A DNA stretch of 22,473 nt, taken from positions 1 to 22,473 of the forward strand of contig JBBIJB010000036.1 of assembly GCA_037446215.1 (NCBI GenBank), written 5' to 3'. Under the pieces are notes generated by a model. The model saw nothing but the letters and a program-made list of their open reading frames with translations, ran no database searches and was not told the DNA's origin. A program made the position numbers and the translations under genes. The DNA is from Armatimonadota bacterium. Its GTDB lineage: Bacteria > Sysuimicrobiota > Sysuimicrobiia > Sysuimicrobiales > Humicultoraceae. Position 1 is the stretch's first letter. The number at the start of each line of letters is the position of its first letter. Of the stretch, positions 10,601-17,902 are shown one piece after another.

Positions 10601-11363
10601 CGGATGGGTCGCGATGTCGGGCTCCCAGCTCGTGGTCGACGACGTCAGCCAGGACCTGCGCTACTACTCCGCGGATCCCCGGATTCGCTCGGAGCTTGTC
10701 GTCCCGCTGATAGCCGAGGGGAAGGTGGTGGGGGTGTTCAACGTGGGAAGCGCGCGCCTGGCGGCGTTCGGGCCCCGCGACCTGCACCTGCTGGCAACGC
10801 TCGCCTCGTATGCTGTGATAGCGATACAGAACGCGCGGCTCTACGAGCAGGCAAGGCGGCTCGCCGTAACCGACGGTCTTACCGAGCTGTACAACCACCG
10901 CTACTTCTACGAGGCCCTCGAGCGCCTGTTCGAGCGCTCGCGCCGCGACGTGCAGCCGCTCGCCCTGATAATGCTGGAGATAGACAGGTTCAAGCACTAC
11001 AACGACACCTACGGCCACAAGTTCGGTGACCACGCGCTGCGGGAGGTCGCGGGCCTGCTGCGTAGGGGGAGCCGGCCCTCGGACATAGTGGCCAGATACG
11101 GCGGCGACGAGTTCATGGTGGTTCTCCCCGGAGCCACCAAATCCGCGGCCATGGAGACCGCCGAGCGGCTGCGCCGGTCGGTCGAGGCACACCCCCTCGT
11201 CCCATCGGAGGGAACCATCGCGACCGTCACCATTAGCGTCGGCGTCTCTGCCTACCCGGACGACGCGCAGACCGTGGGGGCGCTCGTCGAGGCCGTGGAC
11301 CAGGCCCAGTATGTCTCAAAGCGTCTCGGCGGAAACAGGGTTCGGGCCGCGCGCGATGGCTGA
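7662..11363 (+). CDS. Membrane-anchored multi-GAF GGDEF protein (putative diguanylate cyclase)
   Basis: Hydrophobic N-terminus, about five GAF-like repeats, C-terminal TDGLTELYNHRYF...EIDRFKHYNDTYGH...RPSDIVARYGGDEF. Start moved from the track's 7530 to TTG 7662 (SD GAGGAG at 7651-7656; avoids overlap with DUF951). Confidence 0.9.
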   Translation: MAGSPRALERAAVYRWAVVCVVAGVLAALVPSSRLPHPAGPAEAIAVALAVALARLWLPPRGHLYLVAAVAPVTIELFGYPVAALSLATGSALGGTLPYRRAVARALFDAGRAALAVLAAGEAARLFEGGAGWLTPSSRGLPDPSAALSVLAGAGSFAAVAALISGGQSALEPRGQSASLGPGALHDAACLLLMFLLGSAGSMLLQGRMTPSLGLLATGLPAAGIAALWLNAGRQEASRMIALLRETSTDIHRACSAEEVVTAVAGGLDRLLAAEIALVWIRRPGEEALHVAHYRGPGGARVAEGLTPAEFSTQAMRSGRVVRVEDHARDPLRSPRVEITFGKGAVGSILVAPMASNGLALGAIGLAAKQRCHFTLGHEQAVGLLAAQAALALKSVHAAAEVAQQSARLEALRRIGGPPVPTGGVEETARGIAARCAAATRTECALLSLADPSSGQMRVHALFASEGVDPAAGRGLPEDGLEAPAEAQRAFAEGRPIASVGPRSTLPPDSVLAMLPVAGSALSAPMAHEGRKVGTLTVARTEPVRFSDEETAAVEAVAHWAAAAIESARAQDAAAGRLSRMEAAADALRRLAKSQDLRSTFEAAAAGARGALGVESCALLLWEANAPPEEVHTCGLSDEFVTALARHLPMALARYQLRGPGPILIPDIPADPRMGALGIAAAREGTTSGAVFLLRANGGALGALVLLGSGGRAYRPESAAAAEALADATEAAVARTAASSDVGRRQEELLVLNRLVGSVSASLDVDEVFRIAAEELAHAAGLRRVTIHRLAGQVLRLAAQVGSPETPGEIPVTSGITGRVARSGRPELVVDVRQDPDHVARNYEVGSKAAVPITQEGTVVGVLAAEGSVVRPVTSRTLSLLSSFAEQLGVALRNASMFAELRRTHDELQVLFEAAKAVSGTLDTRTLLDSLVSVACRSFGYETGALLMVDPEGGDLTVEAAYGYGESVLGTRLPGGVGLSGWVAMSGSQLVVDDVSQDLRYYSADPRIRSELVVPLIAEGKVVGVFNVGSARLAAFGPRDLHLLATLASYAVIAIQNARLYEQARRLAVTDGLTELYNHRYFYEALERLFERSRRDVQPLALIMLEIDRFKHYNDTYGHKFGDHALREVAGLLRRGSRPSDIVARYGGDEFMVVLPGATKSAAMETAERLRRSVEAHPLVPSEGTIATVTISVGVSAYPDDAQTVGALVEAVDQAQYVSKRLGGNRVRAARDG

Positions 11364-11390
11364 TCGTCCCGCGGCATCGGCGGGGAGCCC

Positions 11391-12485
11391 ATGAGCCTGG
11401 CGCTCGGGATAGTAGGGCTGCCAAACGCGGGCAAGTCCACCCTGTTCAACGCGCTCACGCACGCAGGCGCTCCGGTGGCCTCCTACCCGTTCACCACGAT
11501 AGCCCCCAACCTCCGCCAGGTAACCGTGCCCGACCGCAGGCTGGGCGCGCTGGCCGCCGTGCTTCGTCCCTCCAGGGTCGTCCCCGCGACGATCCGCTTC
11601 ATCGATATCGCCGGCCTGGTGCGGGGAGCTTCCAGGGGAGAGGGGCTGGGCAACAGGTTCCTGGCGCACATACGGGAGGTCGACGCGGTCGTCCACGTTG
11701 TCAGGTGCTTCGCCTCCCCCGATGTTCCACACGTGGAGGAGAGCGTCGATCCAGTGCGCGATGCCGAGATCGTCGAGACCGAGATGGCGCTGGCCGACCT
11801 CCAGGTGGTCGAGCGCGCCATCGACTCCGCGGCCCCGCATGCCAAGAGCGGGGATCCCGCCGCGCGCCGCCGGCTCGAGGAGCTCGGGCGCCTGCGGGCC
11901 AGCCTGGAGAGGGGAGCGCCGACCAGCCCGGTGGGGAACGACGATGCCGGCCGCGCGCTCGCACAAGAGCTGCGCCTGCTGACTTCCAAGCCGGCGATCT
12001 ACGTCGCCAACATCGACGAGGCGGATCTGCCCGGCGGAGGCCGCCTTGCCTCCGAGCTGCGTGCGGCGGCGGAGCGCAGGGGGGCTCCCTTCATCGCGCT
12101 GGCGGCCCGGCTCGAGGACGAGCTGGGAGGGCTGCCTCCCGACGAGGCGAGCTCATACCTCTCCGCCTTCGGGATGGAGGAGCCGGTTCTGCCCAGGCTG
12201 ATCGGGGCGAGCTTCTCGCTCCTCGGGTTGCTCGTCTTCTTCACAGTGCTCTCGGACGAGGTCAGGGCGTGGCCGCTGCCCCGCGGCGCCACCGCCGTGG
12301 AGGCAGCCGGCGCGATACACACGGACATGGCGCACGGGTTCATCCGCGCAGAGGTGATACAGTGGGAGGCCCTGATCGCCCACGGCGGGCTGCAGGCCGC
12401 CAAGGATCACGGCGCGGTCAGGGTCGAAGGCCGGGACTACCACCTGGCCGACGGCGACGTGGTCACGATCAGGTTCGCCGTCTAG
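11391..12485 (+). CDS. ychF: Redox-regulated ribosome-binding ATPase YchF
   Basis: GIVGLPNAGKSTLFNALT, YPFTTI, DIAGLVRGASRGEGLGNRFL, AAGAIHTDMAHGFIRAEV, DGDVV. Confidence 0.97.
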   Translation: MSLALGIVGLPNAGKSTLFNALTHAGAPVASYPFTTIAPNLRQVTVPDRRLGALAAVLRPSRVVPATIRFIDIAGLVRGASRGEGLGNRFLAHIREVDAVVHVVRCFASPDVPHVEESVDPVRDAEIVETEMALADLQVVERAIDSAAPHAKSGDPAARRRLEELGRLRASLERGAPTSPVGNDDAGRALAQELRLLTSKPAIYVANIDEADLPGGGRLASELRAAAERRGAPFIALAARLEDELGGLPPDEASSYLSAFGMEEPVLPRLIGASFSLLGLLVFFTVLSDEVRAWPLPRGATAVEAAGAIHTDMAHGFIRAEVIQWEALIAHGGLQAAKDHGAVRVEGRDYHLADGDVVTIRFAV

Positions 12486-12520
12486 GCAGGGCGCGGCTCT
12501 GGCCCACATCCACCCCGCAC

Positions 12521-12549
12521 TTGTGCCCCACCCTGGCCGATGGTACAAT
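12521..12549 (+). promoter_or_regulatory. Sigma-70-type promoter of the rpsF operon
   Basis: -35 TTGTGC (12521-12526), 17-bp spacer, extended -10 TG-N-TACAAT (12541-12549). Confidence 0.75.
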
Positions 12550-12555
12550 TGGCGG

Positions 12556-12694
12556 CGTCTGCAGAACGCACGACCCTCTGGGCCGCGCGTTCCTCCTGCC
12601 CTCCCAACGGCGCCCGCCGGCGGAAGGGCTGCGGGCGAGATGCCCTCCAGGCCCCAATCCAGGGTTCTGGAAGACCACAGGAGGAGGAGCTGCT
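12556..12694 (+). promoter_or_regulatory. Structured rpsF 5' leader, candidate S6:S18 autoregulatory element
   Basis: TCCTCCTG (12591-12598) is the exact reverse complement of CAGGAGGA (12678-12685), which covers the SD; located where S6:S18-binding leaders are known. Confidence 0.5.
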
Positions 12695-13135
12695 TTGTCT
12701 AGCTATGATCTTGTCTACATCGTGAAGCCCGACCTCGACAGCGAGGCGATCGACGCGGTCGTGGGCAGGGCAACCCAGCGCCTGCTTGATCAGGGCGCGT
12801 CGATAGAACACACCGAGTCCTGGGGAAAACGCAGAATGGCCTACCCGATCCAGCGCTACAGGGAAGGCCACTATGTCTTTCTCAGGTTCTCGGTGCCCGG
12901 GGATCGCATCCCCGAGATCAAGCGCGGGCTCAAGATAGTCGAGGGCCTGCTGCGGACGTCGATAACGGTCGCCATCGGCCCCATCGCACCTCCTAAGCCC
13001 CAGGCTCAGCCCACACCTCCCACCGAAGCGCAGGACGCACAGCAGCCAGAGCCCCAGACGGCCGAGAGCGAGCCCGCCGCGGAACAGCCGGCAGGGGCGC
13101 CGGAAGCCGACCCTGCCGGAGATGTGCCTCAGTAG
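12695..13135 (+). CDS. rpsF: 30S ribosomal protein S6
   Basis: TTG start after SD GGAGGAGG; YDLVYIVKPDL, SWGKRRMAYPI, EGHYV; followed by ssb and rpsR. It is the 3' part of track ORF 11705..13135. Confidence 0.95.
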   Translation: MSSYDLVYIVKPDLDSEAIDAVVGRATQRLLDQGASIEHTESWGKRRMAYPIQRYREGHYVFLRFSVPGDRIPEIKRGLKIVEGLLRTSITVAIGPIAPPKPQAQPTPPTEAQDAQQPEPQTAESEPAAEQPAGAPEADPAGDVPQ

Positions 13136-13161
13136 CAGGCACCACCGGAGGAGGGAGAGCT

Positions 13162-13554
13162 GTGCTGAACAAGATAATCCTGATAGGCCGGCTCACGCGC
13201 GACCCGGAGCTCCGCTATGTTCCCAGCGGGGCACCGGTCGCATCGTTCACTCTGGCGGTCGACCGCCCCTTCACCAACCAGCAGGGGGAGCGCGAGACCG
13301 ACTTCATAGACATCATCGCCTGGCGCAAACTCGCCGACCAGGCCCAGCAGCACCTCAGCAAGGGCAGGCTCGTCGCGGTGGAGGGCAGGCTTCAGATCCG
13401 GTCCTACGAGACGCAGGACGGCCAGAAGCGCAGGGTGGCCGAGGTCGTCGCAGACGGGATAAGGTTCCTCGACCGGAAGGCACCGGGCGCGGCCGCCGCA
13501 CCGGCTGGGGGGCAGGAGTTCGCCGAGGAAGAGGAGCAGGACGCGCCGTTCTAA
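13162..13554 (+). CDS. ssb: Single-stranded DNA-binding protein
   Basis: LNKIILIGRLTRDPELRY, KGRLVAVEGRLQIRSY, acidic tail ending DAPF; GTG start with strong SD. Confidence 0.98.
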   Translation: MLNKIILIGRLTRDPELRYVPSGAPVASFTLAVDRPFTNQQGERETDFIDIIAWRKLADQAQQHLSKGRLVAVEGRLQIRSYETQDGQKRRVAEVVADGIRFLDRKAPGAAAAPAGGQEFAEEEEQDAPF

Positions 13555-13630
13555 GGCCCGTTTCTGGGGCGGCTCGGCGCCCCTGGTGACGAAGTGAGAG
13601 GGCTCCCTACAAGCAGCATGGAGGCATCAG

Positions 13631-13876
13631 ATGACTGACGCACCAAGAAGGCAGTGGCGCGGCAGGCGCGCGAAGCGCAAGGTCTGCGCTTTCTGCGTCG
13701 AGAAGGCCAAGGAGATCGACTACAAGGACGCCCAGAGGCTGCGGCGGTACGTCACCGACCGCGGCAAGATACTCCCCCGGCGCGTGTCCGGGAACTGCGC
13801 CGGTCACCAGCGCGTGCTGGCGGTCGCGATCAAGCGGGCGAGGGAGCTCGCGCTGCTGCCATACATGGGAGAGTAG
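13631..13876 (+). CDS. rpsR: 30S ribosomal protein S18 (Zn-binding form)
   Basis: [40 protein letters not shown]. Confidence 0.98.
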   Translation: MTDAPRRQWRGRRAKRKVCAFCVEKAKEIDYKDAQRLRRYVTDRGKILPRRVSGNCAGHQRVLAVAIKRARELALLPYMGE

Positions 13877-13913
13877 GTGATCGCCTGACGGCTCTCTCCT
13901 TCAAAGCGGTATC

Positions 13914-14906
13914 GTGAGCGCATCCCACCGCCGGCTTCAGACGCAGGGCCTCACAGAGGGCGCGGTCCTGGCGGCCCTCGTGGCGGTCTTCGCGGTGGCG
14001 AGCCGCTACCTCCCGCTGGTCGGGATCGCGACCGCCCTCCTCTGCCCGCTTCCCCTCGCAGTCCTCGTGATCCGTCGCGGCTTCAGGGTTGCCGCCATCG
14101 CCGGCCTTGCCGCCGGTCTCGTGGGCACGGCGCTAGCCGGGCCGCTTGTAGGGCTGGCCATCCTGATCTCGTTCGGCCCCATGGGTGTGGTGCTGGGGGT
14201 CGGCGCCCGCCAAGGCTGGCCCGCCGAGAGGGTGGTGCTCGTCGGAGGCCTCGTTACCTTCACCTCGACCGTGCTCAACTACCTGGGCCTGCTCGGTGGG
14301 GGCCGGGTGAGCATGGAGGAGATGTCGAAGACGATGGAGCGCAGCCTGGAGATGTCCGTTGGGCTCTACACCCGACTCGGCATGTCCCAGGCCCAGATAG
14401 AGGCGGCGGTCGGCCAGATGCGCGATGTCGCCCGGCTTCTCCCCTACCTGCTCCCCGCGATCCTGGTCTTCGGAGCCCTCTTCGCGGCATGGCTGAACTA
14501 CGAGGTGGGGAGGCGCGTCCTCGACCGCCTTGGATACAAGCTGCCCGCGCTGCCGCCGCTGGGCACCTGGCGCCTGCCGGCCCAGAGCGTGTGGCTGATT
14601 CCACTGAGCTACCTGTTGCTGGGGTTTGGCAGTCAGCCCTCTGCGCCGGCCCTGCTCAAGAGCGCGGGGTGGAGCCTGATGCTCTCGGCCCAGACCGCCT
14701 TCTCGCTCCAGGGTGTCGTCGCCGGATGGGTGATACTGGGCAACCTCGGCTTCGGGCGCATCGCGCAGATCATCGCGGTCTTCGTGGTCATGAGCGTTCC
14801 AATGATGGGTATCGTGATCTTCGCGCTGGGCGTAATCGACTCAGTGTGGAGGGTGCGTGACCGTTGGGGGGTCCATAGACCCCCGGCCCAGGGGGCAGAG
14901 CCGTGA
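13914..14906 (+). CDS. DUF2232 / YybS-family membrane protein
   Basis: Multi-TM; LTEGAVLAAL, CPLPLAVL, WRLP, QG, LGVIDSVWRVR; typical position between rpsR and rplI. Confidence 0.85.
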   Translation: MSASHRRLQTQGLTEGAVLAALVAVFAVASRYLPLVGIATALLCPLPLAVLVIRRGFRVAAIAGLAAGLVGTALAGPLVGLAILISFGPMGVVLGVGARQGWPAERVVLVGGLVTFTSTVLNYLGLLGGGRVSMEEMSKTMERSLEMSVGLYTRLGMSQAQIEAAVGQMRDVARLLPYLLPAILVFGALFAAWLNYEVGRRVLDRLGYKLPALPPLGTWRLPAQSVWLIPLSYLLLGFGSQPSAPALLKSAGWSLMLSAQTAFSLQGVVAGWVILGNLGFGRIAQIIAVFVVMSVPMMGIVIFALGVIDSVWRVRDRWGVHRPPAQGAEP

Positions 14907-15349
14907 AGGTGATCCTGCTCAAGGACGTGCCGGGCACGGGCAAGGCGGGAGCGATATGCGAGGTGAAGGAGGGCCATGCCCACAACTACCTGATTCCCCG
15001 CGGCCTAGCCAGGGTTGCCACCGAGGGCGCCGTGCGGGCGCTCGAGGACAAGCTTAGGGCGGAGCAGAGGCGGGTCGACCACGCCCGCGCCCAGGTCGAG
15101 GCTCTCGCGAAGAAGCTCGAGGGGCTGGTGGTGGAGGTCCGCGCCAAGGCGGGGGAGGGCGGCAGGCTGTTCGGGTCGGTGACCTCGCAACAGGTGGTGG
15201 ACGCCCTCGCGGCCCGCGGCGTGACCGTTACCAGGAAGCAGGTCGAGCTCGACGAGCCGATACGCGCACAGGGCTTCTACAGGGTGCCCGTCAGGGTGGG
15301 GCCTGGCCTGGTGGCCCACATCGACCTGAACGTCGTCGGGACGCGGTAG
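14903..15349 (+). CDS. rplI: 50S ribosomal protein L9
   Basis: MKVILLKDVPGTGKAG, VKEGHAHNYLIPRGLA, GRLFGSVT; GTGA overlap with the upstream gene. Confidence 0.98.
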   Translation: MKVILLKDVPGTGKAGAICEVKEGHAHNYLIPRGLARVATEGAVRALEDKLRAEQRRVDHARAQVEALAKKLEGLVVEVRAKAGEGGRLFGSVTSQQVVDALAARGVTVTRKQVELDEPIRAQGFYRVPVRVGPGLVAHIDLNVVGTR

Positions 15350-15378
15350 CACAGGAACGCCCACATCTTTCGCGCCGG

Positions 15379-15443
15379 TTTTCCACAGCGAACCCCCAGG
15401 AATCTCTCGGTTCTCCACAGCTAGTCCCAAAGGGAACCCACAG
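15379..15443 (+). promoter_or_regulatory. Cluster of co-oriented DnaA-box-like motifs
   Basis: TTTTCCACA (15379-15387) matches TTWTNCACA; TTCTCCACA (15411-15419) has 1 mismatch; weaker GAACCCACA (15434-15442); all followed by GC. Confidence 0.6.
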
Positions 15444-15492
15444 CCCGCCCTAACATCTTCATAGGTGCGGGATCGCAATGCTGGCGCGCTCA

Positions 15493-15522
15493 TTGACATA
15501 CCGTACATATGTTCGATAGTAT
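15493..15522 (+). promoter_or_regulatory. Sigma-70-type promoter for dnaB
   Basis: Perfect -35 TTGACA (15493-15498), 18-bp spacer, -10 TAGTAT (15517-15522); SD GGAGGT at 15546-15551. Confidence 0.75.
15502..15515. promoter_or_regulatory. LexA (SOS/Cheo)-like box in the dnaB promoter spacer
   Basis: CGTAC-ATAT-GTTCG: near-palindrome, one mismatch from CGAAC-N4-GTTCG. Confidence 0.7.
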
Positions 15523-15556
15523 TCGGAGGGGTGAAGATGCCGATCGGAGGTCTGGC

Positions 15557-17902
15557 ATGAGCATCGGGTCGCAGGCCGAACGCGTGCCGCCGCAAAACCT
15601 CGAGGCGGAGCAGAGCGTTCTTGGCTCGATGCTCCTGGAGCGCGACGCCATAGCGCGTGTCGTTGAGCTACTCAGGTCCGAGGACTTCTACAGGGATGCC
15701 CACCGCAGGATCTTCGACGCGATCACCGATCTGTTCGAGCGCGGGGAGCCGGCAGACCTGATCAGCGTCACCGACAGGCTGCGTGCAAAGGGAGCCCTCG
15801 ACGACATCGGCGGCGCGGCCTACGTGACCTCGCTGCTTCACTCGGTCCCGACGGCCGCCAACGTGGAGTACCACGCGCGCCTCGTGCTGCAGAAGGCGAT
15901 GCTTCGCCAGATGATCACCGCGGGAACCCAGATCGTCGGTATGGGCTTCCGCGAGGACCAGGATGTCGAGGTTCTCCTGGATCAGGCCGAGAAGCTTGTC
16001 TTCGGTATAGCCGGCAGGAGAATGAGCCAGCACTTCCTCCCCCTGGCGGAGATACTCCGCGAGAGCTTCGAGCAGCTCGACAGACGCTACCGGGACAGGG
16101 GCACGATGACCGGCGTGCCGACGGGGTTTCTCGACCTCGACCGGATGACCTCGGGCTTCCAGCCGGGTGATCTGGTGATCCTCGCCGCCAGGCCGTCTAT
16201 GGGCAAGTGCCTGAAGTTCGACGCCGAGGTGCTGGACGCGTCCACCGGCGGCTTGAGGACGATCCAGGAGATGGTAACCGACGGGCAGGCGACGCTGCTC
16301 ACCCTCTGCGGGGATCACCGCTTCGCCGCGGCCTCCCCGAGCCTCTTCGTTGACGACGGCGTGAAGCCGGTGTTCAAGGTAAGGACCAGAGGGGGCCGTG
16401 AGGTCGAGACGACGTTGACGCACCCATTCCTCACACCCTCGGGCTGGGAGCCGCTCGCGGCGCTCTCGCCGGGCACGCTAATCGCGGTGCCGCGGCGCCT
16501 GCCGGTGTTCGGGCAGGCAGACCTTCCGGAGCACGAGGTGAAGCTGCTGGCATACCTGTGCAGCGGGCGCCTGCCGGCCAGCCCCCAGGTGGCGGAGGAC
16601 TTCGCCGCCGCCGCCGCGGCGGCCGAGGCCCTGATCGCCGCCGCGCGGCCGCGGCCCACCGAGCATGCCGCGATCAGGGGCGGCGCCGACGGGGGAACCG
16701 CGGTGGCGGACATGTTCTGGCGCTACCCCCAGCTGGGGCAGGCGCCCTCTTCGCGCTCGATACCGCCTGTCGTCTTCACCCTCCGCCGGGCGAAGCTGGC
16801 GCTCTTCCTCAACCGGCTCCTCGGGGCCCTCGCCGAGGTCGGCGAGCACCACGAGGGTGTAACCCTCTCGGCGGCGTTTCCGTCAAAGCGCATGGCCCGC
16901 GGCGTGCAGCACCTGCTCCTCAGGTTCGGGGTGCCGTCGGCGCTCGACGGGAACTGTCTCTCCCTGGGGCACGCGGGCTCGGTCTCTCTGCTCCGTGAGG
17001 TCGGCATCTTCGGGGAGGACCGGCTGAGGAGGTGGGCCCGGAACACGCAGCGCTCCCTGCTGGAGGAGATCGATGTCATGTGGGAGGAGATCACTTCGAT
17101 AGAAGAGACCGGCCTCTTCCCGGTCTACGACCTCACGGTTCCGCAGACGCACAACTTCGTGGCCAACGACATCTGCGTCCACAACACGACGCTGGCGCTC
17201 AACATAGCGCAGAACGCGGCGATCGCCCACAAGATCCCCGTTGCGATCTTCAGCCTGGAGACCAACAAGGAGCAATTGGTGCAGAGGATGCTCAGCGCGG
17301 AGGCGCAGGTGGACTCATCGAAGCTCCGCAGCGGCCACCTCACCGACTCCGATTGGCCGAGGTTGGCGGAGGCGATGGGACGTCTGAGCGAGGCGCCGGT
17401 CTTCATCGACGACTCCGCCTCCATCACCCCTGTCGAGATGAGGGCGAAGACCAGGAAGCTGAAGACCGAGCACGGGCTGGGCCTGGTAGTGATCGACTAC
17501 ATGCAGATGATCCAATCGTACAAGCGGGCGGAGAACAGGACCCAGGAGGTCTCCGAGATCGCCCGCGCCATCAAGACGCTGGCCAAGGAGCTGGCCGTTC
17601 CCGTGCTCGCGATCTCGCAGCTCTCCCGGGTCGTCGAGTCGAGCGGCAGCCGCATGCCGCAGCTCTCGCACCTCAGGGAGAGCGGTGAACTCGAGCAGGT
17701 GGCGGACCTGGTGCTGTTCATCTACCGAGAGGAGTACTACGACGAGGCCAAGGCGCGCGCAGAGGGTAGGCAGCACACCGCCGACCTCAGAATAGCCAAG
17801 CACCGCAACGGACCGGTTGGGAACATCGAGATGTTCTTCCACAAGGAGTACGGCAGGTTCAGGGACGTCGATCGCCGGCACGCCGGCACGCCCGGATCGT
17901 GA
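15557..17902 (+). CDS. dnaB: Replicative DNA helicase DnaB precursor with one intein
   Basis: PPQNLEAEQSVLGSML, GVPTGFLDLD, AARPSMGK/TT, FSLE, IDYMQ, SQLSR, LRESG, IAKHRNGP. Start set at ATG 15557 (SD GGAGGT); the track start 15509 lies inside the promoter. Confidence 0.98.
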   Translation: MSIGSQAERVPPQNLEAEQSVLGSMLLERDAIARVVELLRSEDFYRDAHRRIFDAITDLFERGEPADLISVTDRLRAKGALDDIGGAAYVTSLLHSVPTAANVEYHARLVLQKAMLRQMITAGTQIVGMGFREDQDVEVLLDQAEKLVFGIAGRRMSQHFLPLAEILRESFEQLDRRYRDRGTMTGVPTGFLDLDRMTSGFQPGDLVILAARPSMGKCLKFDAEVLDASTGGLRTIQEMVTDGQATLLTLCGDHRFAAASPSLFVDDGVKPVFKVRTRGGREVETTLTHPFLTPSGWEPLAALSPGTLIAVPRRLPVFGQADLPEHEVKLLAYLCSGRLPASPQVAEDFAAAAAAAEALIAAARPRPTEHAAIRGGADGGTAVADMFWRYPQLGQAPSSRSIPPVVFTLRRAKLALFLNRLLGALAEVGEHHEGVTLSAAFPSKRMARGVQHLLLRFGVPSALDGNCLSLGHAGSVSLLREVGIFGEDRLRRWARNTQRSLLEEIDVMWEEITSIEETGLFPVYDLTVPQTHNFVANDICVHNTTLALNIAQNAAIAHKIPVAIFSLETNKEQLVQRMLSAEAQVDSSKLRSGHLTDSDWPRLAEAMGRLSEAPVFIDDSASITPVEMRAKTRKLKTEHGLGLVVIDYMQMIQSYKRAENRTQEVSEIARAIKTLAKELAVPVLAISQLSRVVESSGSRMPQLSHLRESGELEQVADLVLFIYREEYYDEAKARAEGRQHTADLRIAKHRNGPVGNIEMFFHKEYGRFRDVDRRHAGTPGS
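16208..17185 (+). mobile_element. Class 1 intein (326 aa) in the DnaB Walker A motif, with degenerate LAGLIDADG endonuclease remnant
   Basis: GK|CLKFDAEV (block A), TLTHPFL (block B), VYDLTVPQTHNFVANDICVHN|T (blocks F/G). Excision restores ARPSMGKTTLALN. Confidence 0.96.

Noticed and set aside
11705..12694. Apparent long N-terminal extension of S6 in the 476-aa track ORF
   Set aside because: Off-frame read-through within ychF; the promoter, SD and TTG at 12695 define the real gene.
13555..13630. Hairpins between ssb and rpsR as a terminator or ncRNA
   Set aside because: Short GC stems with no U-tract.
15350..15556. Possible oriC
   Set aside because: Only two good DnaA boxes, no AT-rich unwinding region, no dnaA or dnaN nearby.
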